Translations under genes and position numbers: made by a program | Assembly (NCBI GenBank): GCA_902528645.1 | Contig: CABZTG010000002.1 | Coordinates: 25,282 to 89,281, forward strand | Reading direction: 5' to 3' | Origin: an uncultured Pelagibacteraceae bacterium | GTDB taxonomy: Bacteria > Pseudomonadota > Alphaproteobacteria > Pelagibacterales > Pelagibacteraceae | Length of the DNA stretch: 64,000 nt | Shown: positions 10,813 through 20,962 of the stretch, in pieces | Layout of the letters: the number at the start of each line of letters is the position of its first letter | Position numbering within the stretch: the first letter of the stretch is position 1 | Notes under the pieces: model-generated | What the model saw: the letters and a program-made list of their open reading frames with translations, nothing else | The model's database searches: none | Told to the model about the DNA's origin: nothing

Positions 10813-11436
10813 CTATTTAGACTTTCTTTTGTAATTTTTAATTTCAGTCTGCAAACTTCTCGTTAATGCTAATGATTTTTTCTTTACATTTTTTGTAATA
10901 ACTGAGCCAGCTCCAACCATACTACCCTCTTCAATTATTAGTGGTGCTACCAATGATGAATTTGAACCAATAAATACATTATCTTTTATTTTGGTTTTAC
11001 TTTTTCTCACTCCATCATAATTACAAGTAATTGTTCCAGCGCCAATGTTGACTGATTTACCAATTTCACTATCACCGATATATGTTAAGTGGTTTACTTT
11101 TGAATTTATACCTAAGGTACTTTTTTTTATTTCAACAAAATTTCCAATTTTTGAACCACTTTTTAGAACTACACCTGGTCTTATTCTAGCGTATGGTCCA
11201 ATATCAACTTTATTTTCTATTTTACAATGTTCCAAATGTGAAAAAGATTTTATCGTTACGTTGTTTCCTATTTTCACTTTTGGACCAATTACCACGTAGG
11301 GTTCAATAATCACATTCTTTCCTATTTTAGTATCTTTTGAAAAAAAAATTGTTTCGGGACCAATCATTTTTACACCCACTTTTAAAAATTTTTTTCGAAG
11401 ATTATTTTGAGCCTTTTGTAAATTTAATTGTTTCAT
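10813..11436 (-). CDS. glmU: GlmU C-terminal acetyltransferase (left-handed beta-helix) domain only
   Basis: [35 protein letters not shown]; 207 aa with no N-terminal uridyltransferase domain; directly upstream of glmS. Confidence 0.88.
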   Translation of the reverse strand: MKQLNLQKAQNNLRKKFLKVGVKMIGPETIFFSKDTKIGKNVIIEPYVVIGPKVKIGNNVTIKSFSHLEHCKIENKVDIGPYARIRPGVVLKSGSKIGNFVEIKKSTLGINSKVNHLTYIGDSEIGKSVNIGAGTITCNYDGVRKSKTKIKDNVFIGSNSSLVAPLIIEEGSMVGAGSVITKNVKKKSLALTRSLQTEIKNYKRKSK

Positions 11437-11507
11437 CTATGAAATTCTTTATATTAAGTATATATGTTTCTTAATTCACATAATATTTCTTAAAAAAACT
11501 TTTATTT

Positions 11508-12191
11508 ATGGGTCAAAATTTTACAATTCTTTTTGATTTAGATGGAACTTTAGTTGATACAGCGCCAGATTTAATGCGTGCACACAATTATGTAATGAAA
11601 AAATTCGGTTACCCCACTAAGTCTACTGAGGAAATAAGGAATCTTGTAGGCCAAGGCGCCGGTGCAATGCTTGGTAGGTCAATTTGGGGGCAAGCTAAAA
11701 AGGAGTTTGGAAAAGTACAAGATGAAAAGATTAAAAAAGAAATGATTAAAGATTTTACAGATTTTTATGGAAAAAACATTGTAAATGAAAGCACTCTGAT
11801 AAATGGTGTCAAAGATTTTTTAATATGGTCAAAAAAAAATAATATTTCTATGGCCGTTTGTACGAATAAGACTGATTACCTAGCTGTCGATCTTTTAAAA
11901 AAAATTGGGATTTATGATTTTTTTGAATACGTTGCTGGACATAACACATTCGATTATTGTAAGCCTGATCCAAGACACCTAACTTCTGTAATTGAAATAT
12001 TGCAAGGTGATATAAAAAAATCATTAATGATTGGAGATAGTGAAACAGATGCTAATGCAGCAAAAAATGCAGGGATACCAGTGATTCTAATGGAAGATGG
12101 ATATACCGAAAAAGATACAAAAGAAATTTACCATAATCACTTAGTAAAAGACTTTATTGGCATTGAAAAAATAGTGTCAAAATATCTTTAA
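11508..12191 (+). CDS. gph: HAD phosphatase, phosphoglycolate phosphatase-like
   Basis: FDLDGTLVDT, CTNK, KPDP, MIGDSETD. Confidence 0.8.
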   Translation: MGQNFTILFDLDGTLVDTAPDLMRAHNYVMKKFGYPTKSTEEIRNLVGQGAGAMLGRSIWGQAKKEFGKVQDEKIKKEMIKDFTDFYGKNIVNESTLINGVKDFLIWSKKNNISMAVCTNKTDYLAVDLLKKIGIYDFFEYVAGHNTFDYCKPDPRHLTSVIEILQGDIKKSLMIGDSETDANAAKNAGIPVILMEDGYTEKDTKEIYHNHLVKDFIGIEKIVSKYL

Positions 12192-12245
12192 TATTGATTA
12201 TTTTTTTTTAACTATTAAAAACAAGGTCGTTAATTAGGAGTTAAT

Positions 12246-13748
12246 TTGATAATTCATAAAGTTAAAGTTTATCCATCTAAAATTCACTTATCGAAAAAAA
12301 ATCAACTTGCATGGAAAATTGCAGAAATTGCCTGTGATAATTCTAAGTTAAATAAAGATGCAATTGAAATGTCAATAAATAGAATAATAGATAATGCATC
12401 GGTTGCAATAGCATCACTTAACAGAAGGCCTGTTGTTTCATCTAGAGAAATGGCTCTAAAACATTCAAGAAAAAATGGTGCAACATTATTCGGTGTTAAT
12501 AGTAAATTAAGATTTGATTGTGAGTGGGCAGCTTGGTCGAACGGAACTGCTGTAAGAGAATTGGATTTTCATGATACTTTTTTAGCCGCTGATTATAGTC
12601 ATCCAGGAGATAACATTCCTCCTCTAATAAGTGTTGCTCAACAAAATAAAAAAAGTGGTTTAGATCTTTTAAGAGGAATTATAACTGCCTACGAGGTTCA
12701 AGTTAATTTAGTAAAAGGAATATGTTTACATAAGCATAAAGTAGATCATATAGCTCACCTTGGTCCAAGTGTTGCAGCTGGAATTGGTTCAATGTTAAGG
12801 TTAAAAACTGAAACGATTTATCAAGCTATTCAACAAGCATTACATACAACAATTTCTACAAGACAATCTAGAAAAGGAGAAATTTCAAGTTGGAAAGCTT
12901 ATGCTCCAGCACATGCTGGAAAACTTGCTATAGAGGCTGTTGATAGAGTTATGCGTGGTGAAGGAGCGCCTAGTCCAATTTATGAAGGTGAGGATAGTGT
13001 GATAGCAAGAATTCTTGATGGTAATAAGGCTTTATATAAAGTTCCATTACCTAAAAAAGGTGAAACAAAAAAAGCAATTCTTGAAACTTACACAAAAGAA
13101 TATTCTGCTGAATATCAATCTCAAGCTTTAATTGACTTAGCAAAAAAACTAAAAAAGAAAGTTCAAAATCTTAATCAGATCAAAAAAATAGATATTTTCA
13201 CAAGTCACCATACTCATTACGTAATAGGGACAGGTGCAAATGATCCACAAAAAATGGATCCTAATGCTAGTAGAGAAACATTAGATCACTCAATAATGTA
13301 TATATTTGCTGTTGCACTTGAGGATGGTACTTGGCATCACATAAAATCTTATACAAAAGCAAGAGCTAAAAGAAAAAGTACAATTAAAATATGGAAATCT
13401 ATAAAAACTCACGAAGATAAAAAATGGACTAAAAATTATCATAATCCTAACCCTCGAAAAAAAACATTTGGTGCAAAAGTAGTAATAACTCTAAATAATG
13501 GTAAAAAAATTTCTGAGGAGCAAGGTGTAGCAGATGCTCATCCTTATGGATCACGACCTTTTAAAAGAGAAAATTACATTAAAAAGTTCCTAACTTTAAC
13601 AGAAAATATCTTAGATAAAAAAGAAAGTGATAGATTTTTAAAGATAGTACAAAATTTAAAAAAATTGAAGCCAGGTCAATTAGATAAATTAAATATTGAA
13701 GTAAAAAATAGTAAACTAAAGAGACATTTGAAAAAAGGTATTTTTTAA
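12246..13748 (+). CDS. prpD: 2-methylcitrate dehydratase (MmgE/PrpD)
   Basis: [33 protein letters not shown]; TTG start preceded by AGGAG. Confidence 0.93.
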   Translation: MIIHKVKVYPSKIHLSKKNQLAWKIAEIACDNSKLNKDAIEMSINRIIDNASVAIASLNRRPVVSSREMALKHSRKNGATLFGVNSKLRFDCEWAAWSNGTAVRELDFHDTFLAADYSHPGDNIPPLISVAQQNKKSGLDLLRGIITAYEVQVNLVKGICLHKHKVDHIAHLGPSVAAGIGSMLRLKTETIYQAIQQALHTTISTRQSRKGEISSWKAYAPAHAGKLAIEAVDRVMRGEGAPSPIYEGEDSVIARILDGNKALYKVPLPKKGETKKAILETYTKEYSAEYQSQALIDLAKKLKKKVQNLNQIKKIDIFTSHHTHYVIGTGANDPQKMDPNASRETLDHSIMYIFAVALEDGTWHHIKSYTKARAKRKSTIKIWKSIKTHEDKKWTKNYHNPNPRKKTFGAKVVITLNNGKKISEEQGVADAHPYGSRPFKRENYIKKFLTLTENILDKKESDRFLKIVQNLKKLKPGQLDKLNIEVKNSKLKRHLKKGIF

Positions 13749-14644
13749 TGCACTTTATTGAGAAAGAGCCAATACAAAAAAGGAAAGATTTTGTTAATAA
13801 GTTAAAATCTAACAAAATTTTAAGAGTTCCTGGTGCATACAATCCTTTAACTGCAAAGTTAATTGAAGAAATTGGGTATGATGCAGTTTACGTGTCTGGT
13901 GGAGTTATGGCAAATGATCTTGGTTTTCCTGATATTGGTTTAACAACTTTGCAAGACGTAAGCACAAGATCTTACCTCATTTCAAGAGTAACCAACCTTC
14001 CTACTATTGTTGATATTGATACCGGATTTAAATCTTGTAAAGAAACGATTGAAACCTTTGAGGAATTTGGAATTACATCTGTTCATTTAGAAGATCAAAT
14101 TGAGAGAAAAAGATGTGGGCATTTAGATAACAAAGAATTGATATCAACTGAGGCAATGGTTAAAAAAATTAAAGAGTGTGTATCGGCAAAAAAAGATGAA
14201 AATTTTAAAATTATAGCAAGATCTGATGCAAAAAGTGTAGAGGGAATAGATAAGATGATAGAAAGATGTAAAGCTTATGTAGATGCTGGAGCGGAGATAA
14301 TTTTCCCAGAGGCTTTAAACGATGAAAAAGATTTTGAGAAAGTAAGAAAAGAACTTTCTTGTTACTTACTAGCCAATATGACTGAATTTGGTAAATCAAA
14401 ATTATTTAATTATAAAGAATTAGAAAAACTTGGTTACAATATTGTAATTTATCCTGTTACCACACAAAGACTAGCTATGAAAAATGTAGAAGATGGATTG
14501 CGAGACATTTATGCAAATGGACATCAAAATAATATCATAGATAAAATGCAAACTAGAAAAAGACTTTATGAGCTTGTTGATTATGAAAAGTACAATAGTT
14601 TAGATGAAAAAATTTATAACTTCAGTACCAAAGGACATGAATAA
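13748..14644 (+). CDS. prpB: Methylisocitrate lyase
   Basis: DIDTGF, HLEDQ, KRCGHL, LANMTEFGK. Confidence 0.95.
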   Translation: MHFIEKEPIQKRKDFVNKLKSNKILRVPGAYNPLTAKLIEEIGYDAVYVSGGVMANDLGFPDIGLTTLQDVSTRSYLISRVTNLPTIVDIDTGFKSCKETIETFEEFGITSVHLEDQIERKRCGHLDNKELISTEAMVKKIKECVSAKKDENFKIIARSDAKSVEGIDKMIERCKAYVDAGAEIIFPEALNDEKDFEKVRKELSCYLLANMTEFGKSKLFNYKELEKLGYNIVIYPVTTQRLAMKNVEDGLRDIYANGHQNNIIDKMQTRKRLYELVDYEKYNSLDEKIYNFSTKGHE

Positions 14645-15768
14645 TGAGTGATGATATTAAAAAAGGTTTACTAGGAATAGTTGTTGATGAAACAGAGGTT
14701 TCTAAAGTTATGCCCGAAATCAACTCTCTTACATATAGAGGTTATGCAGCTCAAGATTTATGTGAATATTGTAGATTTGAAGAAGTAGCTTATTTAATTT
14801 TAAATAAGGATTTACCAAATACAATACAACTTCGAAAATTTGAAAAAGAGGAAAAGAATAATAGAGACTTGTCCAGAGATCTTTATTCAATAATAAAAAA
14901 AATGCCAAAAAAATCTCATCCGATGGATGTTGCTAGGACTGCTGTAAGTATAATGGGACTTGAAGATAAAGAGACAACTGACTCTTCTCAAGAGGCAAAT
15001 ATGAGAAAAGCTATAAGAATTTTAGCAAAAACTCCAACTGCACTAGCCGCTTTTTATAGAGTAAGAAAAGGGAAAAAGATTATTAAACCAAAGAAAAATT
15101 TGAACATTGCAGAGAACTTTTTTTATATGTGTTTTGGTAAGATCCCGCAAAAAGAAATTGTAAAAGCCTTTGATGTTTCTCTGATTTTATACGCAGAACA
15201 TAGTTTTAACGTATCAACATTTACCGCAAGAACTATTACCAGTAGTTTATCTGATATCCATGGAGCAATAACTGGAGCAATAGCTAGTTTAAAAGGTCCT
15301 CTTCATGGTGGAGCTAATGAAGAGGTAATGCACATGATGAATAAAATTAAATCTCCTAATAATGCCCTAAAGTGGATAAATAATGCATTGGACAATAAAG
15401 AGGTGGTGATGGGTTTTGGCCATAGAGTTTATAAATCAGGTGATTCAAGGGTTCCAACCATGAGAAAATATTTTGCTAAAGTTGCAAAAATAAAAAAGGA
15501 TAAAAAATTTGAAAAAATTTACGATATTGTTGAAAAAGTAATGATAGATAGAAAAAACATTCATCCAAATGTCGATTATCCTACTGGTCCTACTTACCAT
15601 TTAATGGGTTTCGACACCGATTTTTTTACACCAATATTTGTCATTTCGAGAATTACAGGATGGTCAGCACATATAATGGAACAACATGCTGCTAATAAAT
15701 TAATTAGGCCATTAGCTAGTTATAAAGGAAATCAACACAGAAAAGTCGTTCAGCTAAACCAAAGATAG
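14644..15768 (+). CDS. prpC: 2-methylcitrate synthase / citrate synthase
   Basis: LTYRGY, HPMD, YAEHSFN, GPLHGGANE, GFGHRVY; located in the prp operon. Confidence 0.92.
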   Translation: MSDDIKKGLLGIVVDETEVSKVMPEINSLTYRGYAAQDLCEYCRFEEVAYLILNKDLPNTIQLRKFEKEEKNNRDLSRDLYSIIKKMPKKSHPMDVARTAVSIMGLEDKETTDSSQEANMRKAIRILAKTPTALAAFYRVRKGKKIIKPKKNLNIAENFFYMCFGKIPQKEIVKAFDVSLILYAEHSFNVSTFTARTITSSLSDIHGAITGAIASLKGPLHGGANEEVMHMMNKIKSPNNALKWINNALDNKEVVMGFGHRVYKSGDSRVPTMRKYFAKVAKIKKDKKFEKIYDIVEKVMIDRKNIHPNVDYPTGPTYHLMGFDTDFFTPIFVISRITGWSAHIMEQHAANKLIRPLASYKGNQHRKVVQLNQR

Positions 15769-16395
15769 TTACTTCTCTATTTTTGCAAATCTACCATCAA
15801 ATAAGATCTCACATTTCAATTTGTTGTTTTTAACAAATTCATCTATTGCTTTTTTTACATCTGGTAAATGACCAAAATTATAATCGTCACACATTATTGT
15901 TCCGTTATATTTAACAACTTCTAGACAACACTCTAAGTCATTTTTAACAGTTTCATAAGTATGTCCGCCGTCTAAAAACACATAATCAATTTTCGACATG
16001 TCAATTTTTTTTAAAATTAAATTAGAATTGCCTTTAATTAACGTAATATTATCTTTGAACTTTTTTAAAAGATCTTCCACTGCTTCTTTGCTATATGGAT
16101 TTTGTTTTTTTATATATTCAAAGTATATTTTTTTAAATGGGTTGGAAAAGTATGTATTTGGTATTACTTCTGACTCATTTTCATCATTTTTTTCAAACAA
16201 ATCTAGACCAATATATTTAAAATTATCTTTATGAATTGTGTAAAGCAATTCACAAATATTTCTTGCTGTTACTCCATGGAAAACACCAACTTCTAAAAAA
16301 GTTTTTGGATTTTTCGCTTTTACTTCGTTTAAAAAAAAATCTCCAGCACCTTTTTGCTTTAGACTAGTTTTTCTAAAATATTTTTTATATTTCAA
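15769..16395 (-). CDS. Class I SAM-dependent methyltransferase (Methyltransf_24-like)
   Basis: LEVGVFHG motif I, FLDGGHTYE, CDDY; TTG start. Confidence 0.8.
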   Translation of the reverse strand: MKYKKYFRKTSLKQKGAGDFFLNEVKAKNPKTFLEVGVFHGVTARNICELLYTIHKDNFKYIGLDLFEKNDENESEVIPNTYFSNPFKKIYFEYIKKQNPYSKEAVEDLLKKFKDNITLIKGNSNLILKKIDMSKIDYVFLDGGHTYETVKNDLECCLEVVKYNGTIMCDDYNFGHLPDVKKAIDEFVKNNKLKCEILFDGRFAKIEK

Positions 16396-16400
16396 ACGAA

Positions 16401-17417
16401 TTAACTAAATGCTTCTACCCAAGTACCTTGTGTTGATGCTTTAGAATACTCTGTTGCACGACCTTCAAAAAAGTTCATATGCTCAACAGCATTTAACATG
16501 GTATCAAGCCATCCTAGAGGATTCTTTTCTACATCATAGATTGGTTCAAGACCTAGTTGAACTAATCTTCTATTTCCAATAAATCTAATGTAGTCTTTAA
16601 CCTCTTGTGCAGTCAAACCTTCCATTGGACCCATCTCAAAAGCCAAATCAATAAAAGAATCCTCATGCTCAACTATTGTTCTGCAAGCTTCATAAAGTTC
16701 TTTTTTTAATTTTGGCGTCCAGATTTCTGGATTTTCTTTTATAAACTCTTTAAAAATTCTTATCATAGAATTACAATGAAGAGTTTCGTCTCTAACCGAC
16801 CAAGTTACTATTTGGCCCATACCTTTCATTTTATTGTGCCTTGGAAAATTTAACAGAATTGCAAAACTTGCAAATAGCTGCAGTCCTTCTGTAAAAGCAC
16901 TGAATACAGCAACAGTTTTAGCAATATCTTCTTTTGAGTTTACATTAAATCCTTGCATGTAGTCATATTTATCTTTCATCTCTTTATATTTCATGAAAGC
17001 TGAATATTCTGATTCAGGCATTCCGATTGTGTCAAGTAAATGAGAATAAGCAGCTACGTGAACTGTTTCCATAGATGCAAAAGCAGTCATCATCATTAAA
17101 ACTTCTGTTGGCTTAAATACTGTTGTATAATGTCTTAAATAGCAGTTGTTTACTTCAACATCCGCTTGTGTAAAAAATCTAAAAATTTGAGTTAAAAGAT
17201 TTTTTTCTGGTTGAGATAAGTTTTTTTGCCAATCTCTTACATCATCTCCAAGAGGGACTTCTTCTGGTAACCAATGTATTCTTTGTTGTGTTAACCAAGC
17301 ATCATAACACCATGGATATCTGAATGGTTTATATACAGGGTTCTCAACTAATAGACCCATCTTTTTTGGTTGAATTATTTCTTTATTTTCAGTCTTAATT
17401 TTATCTGCTACTGACAT
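16401..17417 (-). CDS. nrdB: Class I ribonucleotide reductase beta subunit
   Basis: HWLPEEV, FFTQAD, ETVH..AY, RDETLH, NFFE; ATG at 17417 overlaps the nrdA stop. Confidence 0.95.
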   Translation of the reverse strand: MSVADKIKTENKEIIQPKKMGLLVENPVYKPFRYPWCYDAWLTQQRIHWLPEEVPLGDDVRDWQKNLSQPEKNLLTQIFRFFTQADVEVNNCYLRHYTTVFKPTEVLMMMTAFASMETVHVAAYSHLLDTIGMPESEYSAFMKYKEMKDKYDYMQGFNVNSKEDIAKTVAVFSAFTEGLQLFASFAILLNFPRHNKMKGMGQIVTWSVRDETLHCNSMIRIFKEFIKENPEIWTPKLKKELYEACRTIVEHEDSFIDLAFEMGPMEGLTAQEVKDYIRFIGNRRLVQLGLEPIYDVEKNPLGWLDTMLNAVEHMNFFEGRATEYSKASTQGTWVEAFS

Positions 17418-19348
17418 GATAAACACTCCTCATATTCTGGTTGATCGTTAGTTTGTTGGTTTTTTGATTTATATACATTGGCTGTAACATCAGTTGATTT
17501 AGCATTATTGATATTTTCAGCTCTTTGAATTGATTTTGATCTACAATAGTAAAGGCTTTTTAAACCTTTTTTCCATGCATCAAAATGAATTCTATGTAAT
17601 TCTTTTTTGTGAACATCGGCTGGTAAAAATAAATTTACCGATTGTGCTTGAGAGATATATTGAGTTCTGTCTCCACTCAGTTCAACAATCCATTTTTGAT
17701 TTAATTCAAAGGCAGTTTTAAAAACATCCTTTTCTAAATCGGTTAAAAAATCTAAATGAGATACCGATCCTTGATTTGTTGTAATTGTTGACCAAGTTTC
17801 GTCATCGTTTTTTCCGTGACTTTCTAAAATTTCTTCTAAATATCTATTTCTAACATTAAATGACCCCGATAAAGTTTTATGCGTATAACTATTAGCTGCA
17901 ATTGGTTCAACACCTGGGGAAGCTCCTCCACATATAATAGAAATAGAGGCTGTTGGAGCTATCGCAGTCTTGTTAGAAAATCTCTCATTAAATCCATATT
18001 CTGCTGCATCTGGACATGCACCTCGCTCTTCAGCCAATTCTTTTGATGCTTTATTAACTTGTTCATCAATTTGTTTAAATATTTTTTTGTTCCAAGATTT
18101 AGCCATTACAGACTCAAGTGGAATTCTATGTTTTTGTAAAAAGGAATGAAAACCCATAACCCCAAGACCAACACTTCTTTCTCTTTCTGCAGAATATTTC
18201 GCATCTTTAAATTGATCTGGAGCCTTATTAATAAAGTCTGATAAAACATTATCTAAAAATCTCATTACATCACTAATCATGTTTGGATCATCTTTCCATT
18301 CATCATATTTTTCTAGATTTAAGGATGATAAACAACAAACAGCTGTTCTGTCTCTTCCATCTTTATCGATACCTGTAGGAAGAGTTATTTCACTGCACAG
18401 ATTAGAAGTTTTTACGGTTAAATTCGCAAGTTTATGGTGTTGTGGAATTTGTCTATTAACTGTATCAATATAAATAATGTATGGCTCACCAGTTTCAATT
18501 CTAGCTGTTAACAACCTAATCCATAAATTTCTTGCAGATATAGTTTGTTGAATAGATCCATCGGCTGGACTTTTAAGTGCCCACTGATCATCAGTTTCAA
18601 CAGCACGCATAAATGCATCTGAAACTAAAACTCCGTGATGTAAATTTAAAGCTTTTCTATTTGGATCACCACCAGTTGGCCTTCGCATTTCAATAAACTC
18701 CTCTATTTCAGGATGATCAATAGGAAGATAACAAGCAGCTGAGCCTCTTCTTAAAGATCCTTGGCTAATTGCCATAGTTAAAGAATCCATAACTTTGATA
18801 AATGGAATTATCCCAGAAGTTTTTCCGACTTTACCAATTTTTTCACCAATTGATCTTAGATTTCCCCAGTAACTTCCTATACCCCCACCTTTAGCGGCTA
18901 GCCAAACATTTTCACTCCAAAGATCTAAAATACCACCTAGACTATCTGAAGCTTCGTTTAAAAAACAAGAAATGGGTAATCCTCTTTTGGTTCCACCATT
19001 TGACAAAACTGGAGTTGCTGGCATGAACCAAAGATTGCTAATGTAATTGTAAATTCTTTGAGCATGTAAATTATCATCAGCATATGTGCTTGCTACTCTT
19101 GCAAACAAGTCTTGATAAGACTCATTGTGACCAAGATATCTATCTTTCAAAGTTGCCTTACCAAAATCAGTTAAGTTTGCATCTCGAGAACGATCTATTT
19201 TGATTATGATACCTTTATCATTCTGAAAAAGTTCAGTTTCATTGTTAAGTGAAAAAAGGTCCGGTCTGTTATTTTTTTCTACTTCTTTAACTTGTGGGCT
19301 ATATTCAGAGACAGCTTTCTTTAGGGCCTGAGATAGAATTTTATTCAT
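17408..19348 (-). CDS. nrdA: Class I ribonucleotide reductase alpha subunit
   Basis: PATP, SCF, SNLCSEI (thiyl Cys), APTASIS, LYY, C-terminal CLSC; no recognisable ATP-cone. Confidence 0.96.
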   Translation of the reverse strand: MNKILSQALKKAVSEYSPQVKEVEKNNRPDLFSLNNETELFQNDKGIIIKIDRSRDANLTDFGKATLKDRYLGHNESYQDLFARVASTYADDNLHAQRIYNYISNLWFMPATPVLSNGGTKRGLPISCFLNEASDSLGGILDLWSENVWLAAKGGGIGSYWGNLRSIGEKIGKVGKTSGIIPFIKVMDSLTMAISQGSLRRGSAACYLPIDHPEIEEFIEMRRPTGGDPNRKALNLHHGVLVSDAFMRAVETDDQWALKSPADGSIQQTISARNLWIRLLTARIETGEPYIIYIDTVNRQIPQHHKLANLTVKTSNLCSEITLPTGIDKDGRDRTAVCCLSSLNLEKYDEWKDDPNMISDVMRFLDNVLSDFINKAPDQFKDAKYSAERERSVGLGVMGFHSFLQKHRIPLESVMAKSWNKKIFKQIDEQVNKASKELAEERGACPDAAEYGFNERFSNKTAIAPTASISIICGGASPGVEPIAANSYTHKTLSGSFNVRNRYLEEILESHGKNDDETWSTITTNQGSVSHLDFLTDLEKDVFKTAFELNQKWIVELSGDRTQYISQAQSVNLFLPADVHKKELHRIHFDAWKKGLKSLYYCRSKSIQRAENINNAKSTDVTANVYKSKNQQTNDQPEYEECLSCQ

Positions 19349-19382
19349 ATTTTTGTATTATATTTTGTTATTAGTACGAAAA

Positions 19383-19429
19383 CAACTATATGTTGTGTGC
19401 GTTTAGCGTTAATACACTATATAAACAAC
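19383..19429. promoter_or_regulatory. Tandem NrdR boxes upstream of nrdAB
   Basis: CAACTATATGTTGTGT (19383-19398) fits acaCwAtATaTwGtgt; a weaker ACACTATATAAACAAC starts 31 bp later (19414-19429). Confidence 0.75.
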
Positions 19430-19507
19430 AAATCAATAGAACATTTATAGAACACAAGGAAAAAAAATCAATAAAAAAATTAAAAAAAATGTAAGTAATT
19501 AACAATA

Positions 19508-20962
19508 ATGTCAGTAAATTTAAAAATCGACCCCTATGGTTTTAGAGAGTATGACGCTCGATGGTTGTATGAAAAAGATATAAATCTCCTCGGCATAACG
19601 AATCTTGGCAAAGGACTAGGTACACAAATTACAAAACAAACAAATAAAACTAATCCAAAAGTAATTGTTGGTCATGATTATCGATCATATAGCGAAGATA
19701 TAAAAGCAGCACTTAAAAAAGGTTTAGTTTCAACAGGCTGCTATGTTGAAGACGTAGGTTTGTCTTTGTCTCCGATGGTTTATTTTGCACAATTCCATTT
19801 TAATTCTGATGCTGTTGCAATGGTAACCGCAAGTCATAACGATAATGGTTGGACAGGTGTTAAAATGGGTATCAGTAAAGGATTAACACATGCCCCTGAT
19901 GAAATGAAAGAATTGAAAAAAATAACATTAAGTGAAAACTTTGTAAACGGGCAAGGTCAGGAAAAAAAAATAGAAAATTTTCAAAACATATATAAACAAA
20001 GTTTAATAGATAACAATAAAATCAAAAAAAAAATTAAAGCAGTGGTAGCTTGTGGTAATGGAACTGCAGGAATTTTTGCTCCTGATATTTTGCGTGGAAT
20101 TGGTTGTGAAGTAATAGAACTTGATTGTAATTTAGACTGGACCTTCCCTAAATATAATCCTAATCCAGAAGACTTAAAAATGCTACATGCAATTTCTGAT
20201 GCTGTTAAAAAAAATAATGCTGATATTGGATTTGGATTTGATGGTGATGGTGACAGAGTTGGAGTAATTGATAATGAAGGGAATGAAATATTTTCAGATA
20301 AGATAGGATTATTAATTGCAAGAAGTTTATCAAATAAATATAAAAATTCAGTTTTTGTAGTGGATGTAAAATCAACAGGATTGTATGCGAATGATAAATT
20401 ATTAAGTTCTAATAAATGTAAAACAATTTATTGGAAAACCGGTCATTCGCATATCAAAAGAAAAGTTAAAAATGAAAACGCTTTAGCTGGATTTGAAAAA
20501 AGTGGACACTTTTTTTTTAACCAACCTTTGGGTTATGGTTATGACGATGGTATTAATTCAGCGATCCAAGTTTGTCATTTGTTAGATAATCAGAACAAAA
20601 AAATGAATGAAATGATTAAAGAAATTCCAAAAACTTTTCAAACGCCTACTATGGCTCCTTATTGCAAGGATGAAGAAAAATATACTTTGGTCGATAAAAT
20701 TGTTAAAGATATTGAAAAAATTAAAAATGAAAAAGTTAAAATAGATGACCAAGAAATTGATGAAATTTTAACTGTGAATGGTGTTAGATTTTCGTTTAAA
20801 GATGGTTCATGGGGTTTAATTAGAGCCTCCTCAAATAAACCTTCATTAGTGATTGTAACAGAAAGTCCTACGTCCGATGATAGAAAGTTAAAAATATTTA
20901 AATTTATAGATTCTTTACTTCAAAAAACAGGTAAAATTGGTGAATATGACCAAAAAATTTAA
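19508..20962 (+). CDS. Phosphomannomutase/phosphoglucomutase
   Basis: FREYDAR, VTASHN, FDGDGDR, GFEKSGH. Confidence 0.93.
   Translation: MSVNLKIDPYGFREYDARWLYEKDINLLGITNLGKGLGTQITKQTNKTNPKVIVGHDYRSYSEDIKAALKKGLVSTGCYVEDVGLSLSPMVYFAQFHFNSDAVAMVTASHNDNGWTGVKMGISKGLTHAPDEMKELKKITLSENFVNGQGQEKKIENFQNIYKQSLIDNNKIKKKIKAVVACGNGTAGIFAPDILRGIGCEVIELDCNLDWTFPKYNPNPEDLKMLHAISDAVKKNNADIGFGFDGDGDRVGVIDNEGNEIFSDKIGLLIARSLSNKYKNSVFVVDVKSTGLYANDKLLSSNKCKTIYWKTGHSHIKRKVKNENALAGFEKSGHFFFNQPLGYGYDDGINSAIQVCHLLDNQNKKMNEMIKEIPKTFQTPTMAPYCKDEEKYTLVDKIVKDIEKIKNEKVKIDDQEIDEILTVNGVRFSFKDGSWGLIRASSNKPSLVIVTESPTSDDRKLKIFKFIDSLLQKTGKIGEYDQKI

Noticed and set aside
10813-11507. glmU as a pseudogene
   Set aside because: The ORF is intact, starts at a domain boundary, keeps the acetyltransferase motifs and is coupled to glmS; there is no decayed upstream remnant.
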